DNA of 64,000 bases from Gemmatimonadota bacterium. GTDB lineage: Bacteria; Gemmatimonadota; Gemmatimonadetes; Gemmatimonadales; GWC2-71-9. This document shows, piece after piece, positions 27,306 through 35,086 of this stretch (its first letter is position 1; each line of letters begins with the position of its first letter). The position numbers were made by a program, and so were the translations under genes. The notes below the pieces were generated by a model. The model was given only the letters and a program-made list of their open reading frames with translations. It had not been told where the DNA came from and searched no databases. The stretch spans positions 4,068-68,067 of the forward strand of contig JADFIT010000002.1 of NCBI GenBank assembly GCA_022566515.1. The letters run 5' to 3'.

Positions 27306-28048
27306 CCCGCATGCGGCTGCAGCGGGCCTTGGCGCGGGCGGGAGTGGCCTCACGCCGTGGGGCCGAAGAAATGATCGCGGCCGGGCGAGTGCGCGTGAAT
27401 GGGGTCGTGGCAGAGTTGGGGTGCACCGTAGACCCTTTGGCCGACGCCATAACGGTCGGAGGCCGCCGGGTCAGGCCCGTCGAAACGGCGTGGATTGCGT
27501 TGCATAAGCCACCCGGGTACGTCGTCACCCGCCGCGATACAGAGGGTCGTTCCACCGTATTCGATCTGGTGCCCGACCTGCCGGGTCTCACATATGTGGG
27601 ACGATTGGATGTGGCGACGACAGGTCTTCTCCTTCTCACCACCGACGGGGAGGCGGCTCACCGTCTCACACATCCCCGGTTCGCGGTGGAAAGGACCTAT
27701 CGCGTGGACGTTCGTGGCCGGCCGGCGGACCATATTCGCCGCGCCTTGAAGAAGCCGATCGTGGTAGACGGCCGCCGCGTTGATATCGTGCGATATCGGG
27801 TTCGGGAGACCGGGCGGGGCACAAGCGAGATGATGCTCGTGTTGACCGAAGGACGGAACCGAATTGTCCGCCGTGTATGCGAACAGCTCTCGTTGAGAGT
27901 GAGCCTGCTCGTTCGATTGAGTCATGGACCGGTCAGGTTGGGCCGGTTGAGGCCGGGCGATTGGCGATATTTGACGACCAGTGAAATCCGATCGATTAGC
28001 GTCGGTCATGACCATAAGAATTCAAGGAAAGATGGATCTCGAACATAA
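27302..28048 (+). CDS. rluB: rRNA pseudouridine synthase, RsuA/RluB family, with S4 domain
   Basis: S4-like MRLQRALARAGVASRRGAEEMIAAGRVRVNG and the catalytic Asp motif GRLDVATTGLLLLTTDGE. Position after scpB matches many genomes. GTGA overlap with the scpB stop. Confidence 0.8.
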   Translation: MTRMRLQRALARAGVASRRGAEEMIAAGRVRVNGVVAELGCTVDPLADAITVGGRRVRPVETAWIALHKPPGYVVTRRDTEGRSTVFDLVPDLPGLTYVGRLDVATTGLLLLTTDGEAAHRLTHPRFAVERTYRVDVRGRPADHIRRALKKPIVVDGRRVDIVRYRVRETGRGTSEMMLVLTEGRNRIVRRVCEQLSLRVSLLVRLSHGPVRLGRLRPGDWRYLTTSEIRSISVGHDHKNSRKDGSRT

Positions 28049-29681
28049 AACGGTACTCATACTCGGGGGAAGCGGTTTGGTGGGCAGCGCGATTGCGCGC
28101 CGGCTCCTGGACTTTGCACCGAAGAAAATCGTCCTGGTTTCACTTCACGAAGACGAAGTGCGCAACGCCGCCGAGGCTCTCGAGCCGCAGCGGGGGCAAA
28201 CCGTCGTCGAGCATACCTGGGGCAATGTCTTTCTCCCGTCCGATGTAGCGCGGCTATCCCCTAGCGACCTCCTGAAGGATCCCGATGCGCGAGGATTGGT
28301 GCTGGGCGACATACTCGATGGTCTGAGTCAGGATATCCTCGACCGGAGCCTCCTCTACCAGTTGTTCCAGCGGTATCGGCCCGAAGCCGTTGTGGATTGT
28401 ATCAACACCGCAACGGCTTTTGCGTATCAGGATGTATTCAAGAGTTCACGTGATCTGTTGGTGAGGCTTCAGGAGGGTGAGCTTTCTCGGGAGGCTGTGG
28501 AGAAGCACCTGCTGACGCTCACCATGCCGCAGCTCATCCGCCACGCCCAGATCGTCGTGGAAGCCACACGCTCGGTTGGCACGCGGGCCTACGTCAAGAT
28601 AGGAACCAGCGGGACCGGGGGAATGGGCCTCAACCTTCCCTACACCCATTCCGAGGAAAAGCCGTCGCGTACTCTGCTCACCAAGTCGGCGGTGGCCGGG
28701 GGCCACTCCCTGCTGCTGTTCCTCATGGCGAGAACGCCGGGGGGGCCGTCCGTGATGGAGATCAAACCCACCGCGGCCATTGCGTGGCGCAGAATTGCGT
28801 TTGGGCCCGTGCCCCGTTGGGGGCGCTCGCTGGCCCGCTACGACTGCGCCGAGCCGTTGGACTTAGCCGAAGCCTTCGCTGATGGGGCCGATGGCTGGAC
28901 CGATCTGCAGCGGCCGGTAGAATCGGTTTACATCGACGTCGGGGAGAACGGCGTATTCGCCAAGGACGAATTCGAAACCGTTACATCGCTCGGCCAGATG
29001 GAATTCATTACTCCGGAAGAAGTGGCTGAGTACACCGTGATGGAGCTGTCGGGCCGATCGACCGGACGCGACATCGTAGCCGCTCTCGATTCGGCAACCG
29101 CCGGGCCGACCTACAATGCCGGCGTTCTTCGAGCCGCTGCCCTCGAGAGACTGCAAGAGCTGGAGGTCGAGCATGGGGTTCGGTCGGTGGCGTTCGAGAT
29201 GCTGGGCCCGCCCCGCCTAACGAAGATGCTCTACGAAGCGTTCATCTGGTCGCGGCTCCGGCCCACGGTGCGCGCCTTGGCGGACAGCGATCCCGATGAG
29301 CTGGCACGCGAGGCGGAGGTGCTCGTCGCCGGCGACCACGACCTACGGTCGCTCATCATTTCCGTTGGGCTTCCCATCCTCCTGCAAGAGGAGAAGGTTT
29401 ATAGGGCGTCGAAGGTGATGGTCATGCCGGATGGGGAGGAGTTCGACAAGGTGGCCGCTCGGGGGTGGGTGGACGTGCGCCCGTCCGGATGTGGCGTGTG
29501 GATAGGGAGGGCCAGGCGAATGGTAGAGCAGGCGGAGGTCCGGGCGCGCTCGGTGCAGGGGAGGGGGTCTGGCAGCGATCTGGACTGGGCGGCACTCGGG
29601 CCGGAAGACGCGATTGCCCCGGCGCGGTTCGCCAAGTGGGTATTCAGGTATGAGGACGATGGTGAGCGGATCAAGCGCTGA
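28032..29681 (+). CDS. Uncharacterised 549-aa protein with N-terminal NAD(P)-binding Rossmann motif
   Basis: KTVLILGGSGLVGSAIARRLL (GxxGxxG) and IGTSGTGGMGLN. The remaining roughly 350 aa matched no family I could recognise. Start taken at ATG 28032; the ORF is open from 27981 and overlaps rluB. Confidence 0.6.
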   Translation: MDLEHKTVLILGGSGLVGSAIARRLLDFAPKKIVLVSLHEDEVRNAAEALEPQRGQTVVEHTWGNVFLPSDVARLSPSDLLKDPDARGLVLGDILDGLSQDILDRSLLYQLFQRYRPEAVVDCINTATAFAYQDVFKSSRDLLVRLQEGELSREAVEKHLLTLTMPQLIRHAQIVVEATRSVGTRAYVKIGTSGTGGMGLNLPYTHSEEKPSRTLLTKSAVAGGHSLLLFLMARTPGGPSVMEIKPTAAIAWRRIAFGPVPRWGRSLARYDCAEPLDLAEAFADGADGWTDLQRPVESVYIDVGENGVFAKDEFETVTSLGQMEFITPEEVAEYTVMELSGRSTGRDIVAALDSATAGPTYNAGVLRAAALERLQELEVEHGVRSVAFEMLGPPRLTKMLYEAFIWSRLRPTVRALADSDPDELAREAEVLVAGDHDLRSLIISVGLPILLQEEKVYRASKVMVMPDGEEFDKVAARGWVDVRPSGCGVWIGRARRMVEQAEVRARSVQGRGSGSDLDWAALGPEDAIAPARFAKWVFRYEDDGERIKR

Positions 29682-29693
29682 CGGGGTGCAACC

Positions 29694-29734
29694 CTGGGGC
29701 CCTTGGTGCGGTAAACAAACAAGCACCGCCCCAG
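29694..29734 (+). terminator. Bipartite stem-loop between the unknown 549-aa gene and moxR (possible terminator/attenuator, no U-tract)
   Basis: ctgggg-ccctt-ggtgc-ggtaaacaaacaa-gcacc-g-ccccag. CTGGGG/CCCCAG and GGTGC/GCACC pair. It starts 13 nt after the stop at 29681. Confidence 0.3.
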
Positions 29735-29768
29735 TGTGAGTGCGGTGGGCGGCGATTCAACGGGGAGG

Positions 29769-30752
29769 ATGCCGGCAGTGACTTCACGTGCCGTAAAATC
29801 GAGCGATTCGTCGCTGACGAGTGCCGTCGTGCAAGAGGTGGGCAAGCGTATTGTCGGCCAGGAGGCGATGCTCGAGCGGCTGTTGATCGGACTCTTGACC
29901 GGGGGACACATCCTTCTCGAAGGAGTGCCTGGGTTGGCGAAGACCTTGGCGATTTCCTCGCTGGCCGAGACGATTAATGTGGTGTTCCACCGTATCCAGT
30001 TTACGCCCGATCTGCTTCCCGCAGACATCATCGGAACGATGGTGTTCGATCAAAAGACGAGCGAGTTCCATGTCAAACGCGGACCGTTGTTTGCGAACAT
30101 CATCCTTGCCGATGAGGTAAACCGTGCGCCGCCGAAGGTGCAGGCCGCGTTGCTGGAAGCCATGCAGGAAAAGCAGGTCACCATTGGTGGAGAAACCCAC
30201 AAACTGGCGGAGCCGTTTCTGGTTCTCGCAACGCAGAATCCCATCGAGCACGAGGGAACCTATCCGCTTCCCGAGGCGCAACTCGACCGTTTCATGCTAA
30301 AAGTCCATGTCGGTTATCCCACCCGTGACGAGGAGAAGGAAATTCTCTGGCGGATGGCGGGAGGTCAGCCCATCCCGCTCACCGCCGTCGCGGAGCCCGC
30401 CGATCTGATGGCGCTGCGCGCGTCGATCGCCGAGCTGTACATGGACCAAAAGATCGTGGATTACATCGTCGACGTCGTGCGTGCGACCCGTGAACCGCAA
30501 GCAATCGGCTTGCATGATCTCAAGCCGCTCATCGCTTACGGGGCCAGTCCACGCGCATCGATCTACCTGGCGCAGACGGCGCGTGCTCATGCCTTTTTGC
30601 GCGGCAGGGCGTATGTCGTTCCCGAAGACGTCAAAGCGATGGCTCCAGACGTGTTGCGACACCGTGTGCTGTTGACGTTCGAGGCCGAAGCCGAGGACGT
30701 CACCTCCGATGGGATCATCGCCAAGATTTTGGAGGCAGTGCACGTCCCATGA
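29769..30752 (+). CDS. MoxR-family AAA+ ATPase
   Basis: IVGQEAMLERLLIGLLTGGHILLEGVPGLAKT (Walker A), ILADEVNRAPPKVQAALLEAMQE (Walker B/sensor), LATQNPIEHEGTYPLPEAQLDRF. The ORF is open from GTG 29736. Confidence 0.9.
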   Translation: MPAVTSRAVKSSDSSLTSAVVQEVGKRIVGQEAMLERLLIGLLTGGHILLEGVPGLAKTLAISSLAETINVVFHRIQFTPDLLPADIIGTMVFDQKTSEFHVKRGPLFANIILADEVNRAPPKVQAALLEAMQEKQVTIGGETHKLAEPFLVLATQNPIEHEGTYPLPEAQLDRFMLKVHVGYPTRDEEKEILWRMAGGQPIPLTAVAEPADLMALRASIAELYMDQKIVDYIVDVVRATREPQAIGLHDLKPLIAYGASPRASIYLAQTARAHAFLRGRAYVVPEDVKAMAPDVLRHRVLLTFEAEAEDVTSDGIIAKILEAVHVP

Positions 30753-31645
30753 GCCGCACCTCCCCGATCGTTGGGGCGGAAGTCCTGAAGCAAGTCAAGC
30801 AAATCGAACTCCGCACGCGCCGGCTGGTGGGGTCGCTTTTTTCCGGAGAGTACCGGTCAGTATTTCGCGGCCAAGGCATCGAGTTTGCCGAAGTACGCGC
30901 GTACCAGCACGGCGACGATTTCCGCGCGATCGATTGGAATGTATCCGCGCGTATGGGACATCCCTATGTAAAACTCTTTGAGGAAGAGCGCGAGCTAACC
31001 CTCTTGCTGGTCGTGGATCGATCGGGATCTGTGGAGTTCGGTAAGCCGGTGCGGAAGGCAGAGCGGTCGGTGGAGATCTCGGCTGTGCTCGCGCTTGCTG
31101 CCGTCCGCAATAATGACCGCGTGGGCGCGTTGATTTTTTCGGACGACATCGACCACATCATACCGGCGGCAAAGGGCAGGAAGCACGCCCTGCGGGTGAT
31201 TCGCGACCTGTTGGCATTCGAGCCGGTCAACCGGGGAACCAATCTGGCGCTGGCGTTGGCATATGCAGCCAAGTTGTTGCGCCATCGCGGCATTGTCGTG
31301 ATACTGTCGGACTTCCGAGCGACGGGATGGGAGGAGCAAATGCGTCGTCTCGCAAGGAAGCACGAGGTGGTTGCGATCTCAGTTGACGACCCCCGAGAAC
31401 AGGCACTTCCCGACGCCGGATGGATCGAGCTGGAAGACGCAGAAGACGGGCGGCGGATGCTGGTGGATACCTCGAGCACCGACACGCGCATCAGCCTTCA
31501 GGTGGCAGCTGAGGAAGCGCGTCTCGCGCGTGAGCGTGCGTTGGAACGATCGCAAGTCGACCATATCGTACTCCACACGCACGTGCCGTACGCTCAAACG
31601 TTGCTGAAGGCGTTCGCGATGCGGGCGAGGCGATTCCGTCGATGA
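30749..31645 (+). CDS. DUF58 family protein (vWA-like, MoxR partner)
   Basis: GEYRSVFRGQGIEFAEVRAYQHGDDFRAIDWNVSAR is the DUF58 signature. ATGA overlap with moxR. Confidence 0.85.
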   Translation: MSRTSPIVGAEVLKQVKQIELRTRRLVGSLFSGEYRSVFRGQGIEFAEVRAYQHGDDFRAIDWNVSARMGHPYVKLFEEERELTLLLVVDRSGSVEFGKPVRKAERSVEISAVLALAAVRNNDRVGALIFSDDIDHIIPAAKGRKHALRVIRDLLAFEPVNRGTNLALALAYAAKLLRHRGIVVILSDFRATGWEEQMRRLARKHEVVAISVDDPREQALPDAGWIELEDAEDGRRMLVDTSSTDTRISLQVAAEEARLARERALERSQVDHIVLHTHVPYAQTLLKAFAMRARRFRR

Positions 31646-32493
31646 ACGCGGTTGTCGGCACGCTGCTGCTGGTACAGGTGTGGAGTGTTGCGCCGACGCC
31701 GTCGACCATTGGCGATACTGTCGTCCTCGAACGGGAGATCGCAGTGGCGGATCCGACCGCTAGCTTGCGGCTCGCCCCCATTGAGGGCTCTCTGTTGGTA
31801 GAGCCGTTGGCCGGACCTGAAGCGATAACGGCATCGGATGGATTCATCGTGCGCTACGTCGTGGCGTTGTTCGAGACGGGCGATCACACCATTCCGATGC
31901 CCGATATCGAGCTGGTGTATCCCACCGGCCGACTGGAAACACGGGTGGGGGGAGAGGCGTTCGTCACAGTGCTGTCGGTGCTCCCGCAGGGAGAGTCTCT
32001 GCCGGCGCCACGTGCCTCGCGCGAGCCGATTCCGAGAAACGTTCTTCGGACGGCACCGGCGATACTTCTGGTGATGGGAGTGGTGGCGTTGACGGTCGGA
32101 TGGGGATTGATGCGAAGAAGGTCTCGGGTGCGTCCGGTCTGGGCAGGTGTTGGGAAGGGTGGTGAAGACGCTTCCCCTGCCGTGTCTCGCTGGATAGCTG
32201 CGGGAGAGCCGAGAGCAGTAGCCACGGTGACGACGCATGAAGTGCGTGTCCGTGTGCAGCAGTATGTTCCGGAGGCGGAGCCGTCACTCGATTTGGAAGA
32301 CTGGTTGCATACGGTTGAAGCGCACCGACCGGACTGGCCGTTGCGTGAATTGTCGGAGGTCATGCAGGCTCTCGAGCGGGCGAGCTTTGCACCGGCCATT
32401 CCCAGCGATGTGATTGCGTTGACGGACGAGGCTCAGGTGATCGTACAGACGATCGAGGAATCGGAGTCGGCGTCTGAGGAGGGTGAGGAGTAA
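31642..32493 (+). CDS. Hypothetical single-pass membrane protein of the Bat operon
   Basis: ATGA overlap upstream and TAATG overlap downstream. One central TM (APAILLVMGVVALTVGWGLM). It occupies the slot of the small membrane protein found between DUF58 and batA in Bat operons. Confidence 0.55.
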   Translation: MNAVVGTLLLVQVWSVAPTPSTIGDTVVLEREIAVADPTASLRLAPIEGSLLVEPLAGPEAITASDGFIVRYVVALFETGDHTIPMPDIELVYPTGRLETRVGGEAFVTVLSVLPQGESLPAPRASREPIPRNVLRTAPAILLVMGVVALTVGWGLMRRRSRVRPVWAGVGKGGEDASPAVSRWIAAGEPRAVATVTTHEVRVRVQQYVPEAEPSLDLEDWLHTVEAHRPDWPLRELSEVMQALERASFAPAIPSDVIALTDEAQVIVQTIEESESASEEGEE

Positions 32494-33470
32494 TGTTCGC
32501 CCGTCCGCTGATTCTCGTGCTGTTGCTGGCGGTCCCCGTGTGGTGGTGGCGCCGCCGCCGGTCCCGGCAACCGGCCGCTGAGTACAGCGACCTCCGCCAA
32601 CTCGCTACAGTGGCAACGGTGCGTCGGTGGGTCGGCGAGGTACCTGCCAGCCTCCGCAGTGTTACTCTGGGAGCGTGGATCATTGCGGCAGCCGGTCCGC
32701 AAAGCGCGATCGAGCCGGCCGAGATCACACGAGAAGGTATTGCCATCGTATTGGTGGTCGACGTTTCCAGTAGCATGTTGGCGGAAGACTTCGCTCCCTC
32801 CAACCGTCTCGATGTCGCCAAAGAACAATCCATCGCCTTCATTCGTGCACGCCGATTCGATCGAATCGGGTTGGTGGCGTTTGCCGGCGAAGCGCTCACG
32901 CGGATTCCGGTGACCATGGATTACGCCGTGCTGGAGCAGGCAGTGCTCGATTTGCGGATAGGTGACCTTGACGACGGAACGGCTATCGGCACGGCGATTG
33001 CGACCGGGGCCAACAGGCTGCGTCGGGTTGAGGGGAAGAGCAAGGTCATGGTACTGATGACCGACGGTGAGAACAATCGGGGTCGAATCGATCCACGCAC
33101 CGCGGCCGAAGCGGCGCAACTCATGGGGATTCGCATCTATACTATCGGCATCGGTACGGTGGGGGAGGCCCGCACACCGATCGGTAGGGGAATTGGCGGC
33201 CGGCTGCGGTATCAGACCCTGCCCGTGCGAATCGATGAGGAGCTTCTCCAAGACGTCTCGGAGCGCACAGGCGGTCGATATTTCCGTGCGACCGACGCTG
33301 AGGCCCTGGGCCGCATCTTTCAGCAAATCGACCAGCTGGAGAAAACGCCGGTGGAGATCACGCGGTTTACGCAGCACAACGAGGCGTACCGTATTCCACT
33401 ATTGATCGGGCTGGCTGCGCTGGCGCTGGAACTCATGATTGGTGCTACCGTCGTGGTGCGGGTTCCGTGA
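32493..33470 (+). CDS. vWA-domain membrane protein, BatA-like
   Basis: N- and C-terminal TM helices flank a vWA domain with MIDAS VVDVSSSM and LMTDGENN. Confidence 0.85.
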   Translation: MFARPLILVLLLAVPVWWWRRRRSRQPAAEYSDLRQLATVATVRRWVGEVPASLRSVTLGAWIIAAAGPQSAIEPAEITREGIAIVLVVDVSSSMLAEDFAPSNRLDVAKEQSIAFIRARRFDRIGLVAFAGEALTRIPVTMDYAVLEQAVLDLRIGDLDDGTAIGTAIATGANRLRRVEGKSKVMVLMTDGENNRGRIDPRTAAEAAQLMGIRIYTIGIGTVGEARTPIGRGIGGRLRYQTLPVRIDEELLQDVSERTGGRYFRATDAEALGRIFQQIDQLEKTPVEITRFTQHNEAYRIPLLIGLAALALELMIGATVVVRVP

Positions 33471-35086
33471 TCTCGTTCGATGCGCCCCTCGTGCTGTATG
33501 CCGCGCCGGTGGTGGCCCTGTTCGTTGTCGGTCTTGCACTATGGGCGCGCTCTTCCCGAGTGCGGCATGCAATGGCGTGGTCGGATGACATAGGAGCCGT
33601 CGCGCGACAGACGGGACGTTGGGGTGCGGTGGCGTTGGGCGTTACAGCACTGTTGGTGAGCACGGCGCTCGCAGGTCCGCGGTTCGGACGCCGCGTCGTC
33701 ACGACCGAAACCAAGGCCCTCACGATGGTGCTGGCAGTCGACATATCGCGCTCCATGCTGGCCGAAGACGTTCGGCCATCGCGCCTCGGACGGGCACAAC
33801 GCGAAGCGCGACGGTTGGTGCAGGATCTCAGGGGAGACCGTATCGGGCTGATTGTGTATGCCGGTCGCAGCTTCATCCTGTCTCCCCTCACGGTAGACGA
33901 CGGTGCGCTACAACTCCTGATCGATGGGCTGGCTCCCGACATGGCGAGCGCGGGCGGCACGGAATTGGCCGTCGCACTCGACCAGGCTCGACAGCTGTTG
34001 CTGGCCGGCCCGGGTGTCGCCGATCGCGTCCTGGTGCTGTTTACCGACGGTGAAGCGCACGACTCGCTGTCGCAGATTCTGTCGGCTGCGGAACGACTGC
34101 GACGTGATGGGATCCACCTGGTCGTGATCGCCGAAGGGGGTGTGGTGCCCGTTGGAATACCACTGCGCGACCCCGACGGTGTGTTGACCGGTTACCAAGA
34201 AGACATGGACGGAAATTTGGTTCAGACGTGGCGCCGTAATGACGTCCTCTCAGCCGTCGTGGCCGCGGCGCGAGGCGCGCTGGTTCCTGCGGGACTGGCC
34301 GACCAGGCGGGTGCGGTGCGCGACCTGGTTGATTCCTTCAAGCGAGTACCGCAAGCCACAACGACTGCGGCGCAAGACATCTCCAGGGCATGGATCCCGC
34401 TGTTGATTGCGGTGGTGATTTTGCTGTTGCAAACCTACACGCGCCGTACGGCGGCGCTTGCCGGGCTCGCGTTCTTGCTGGTGGCGCCACGCACGGCGGT
34501 CGGTCAATCCACATTGAGCGACGCCGATCAAGCCTGGCGTGACAGCCTCTTTGCCGAGGCCGCCGACATGTATGAGGCGCAGACCATGTCACAACGGGGA
34601 GGTGACACAGCTTGGCTGAACCTCGGCACGGCGGCGCTTGCCATTGGGGACACCGCTCGCGCCCGTCCGGCGCTCTCTCGCGCCGCGGAGTCATTAGATC
34701 CGGAATTGCGGTTTCGGGCCTTGTTCAACCTCGGTCTGCTCTTGCTGCGACTCGCGGAGGTCGACGAGGCGAATAGCCAAGTGTACCTCGACGAAGCGCG
34801 ACGCCGGTACCGCGAGGCGTTGCTGCTGCGGCCCGGGGACGAGGACGCTAAGTGGAATCACGAGTTGACTGTGCGGTCCACGCCACCACAGAGCGGCGGT
34901 GGCGGACAACCGCCGCCGACGGGTAGCGAGCAAAGTGATCCCCGGGGAGATCCCCAGACCGGTCTGAGCCGCGAGCAGGCAGAGCAGATTCTCAACTCCA
35001 TGTTGGCAGAAGAGCGCGAGACGCTGGATAAGGTCAATCGACGGCGCGCCCAATCGCGCCAAGCAATGCGGAGGAAGAATTGGTGA
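33467..35086 (+). CDS. vWA plus TPR membrane protein, BatB/BatC-like fusion
   Basis: MIDAS AVDISRSM, LFTDGEAHD, a TM after the vWA domain, then TPR-like repeats (AWLNLGTAALAIGD..., ALFNLGLLLL...) and a basic/Gly-rich tail. GTGA overlap upstream. Confidence 0.8.
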   Translation: MISFDAPLVLYAAPVVALFVVGLALWARSSRVRHAMAWSDDIGAVARQTGRWGAVALGVTALLVSTALAGPRFGRRVVTTETKALTMVLAVDISRSMLAEDVRPSRLGRAQREARRLVQDLRGDRIGLIVYAGRSFILSPLTVDDGALQLLIDGLAPDMASAGGTELAVALDQARQLLLAGPGVADRVLVLFTDGEAHDSLSQILSAAERLRRDGIHLVVIAEGGVVPVGIPLRDPDGVLTGYQEDMDGNLVQTWRRNDVLSAVVAAARGALVPAGLADQAGAVRDLVDSFKRVPQATTTAAQDISRAWIPLLIAVVILLLQTYTRRTAALAGLAFLLVAPRTAVGQSTLSDADQAWRDSLFAEAADMYEAQTMSQRGGDTAWLNLGTAALAIGDTARARPALSRAAESLDPELRFRALFNLGLLLLRLAEVDEANSQVYLDEARRRYREALLLRPGDEDAKWNHELTVRSTPPQSGGGGQPPPTGSEQSDPRGDPQTGLSREQAEQILNSMLAEERETLDKVNRRRAQSRQAMRRKNW

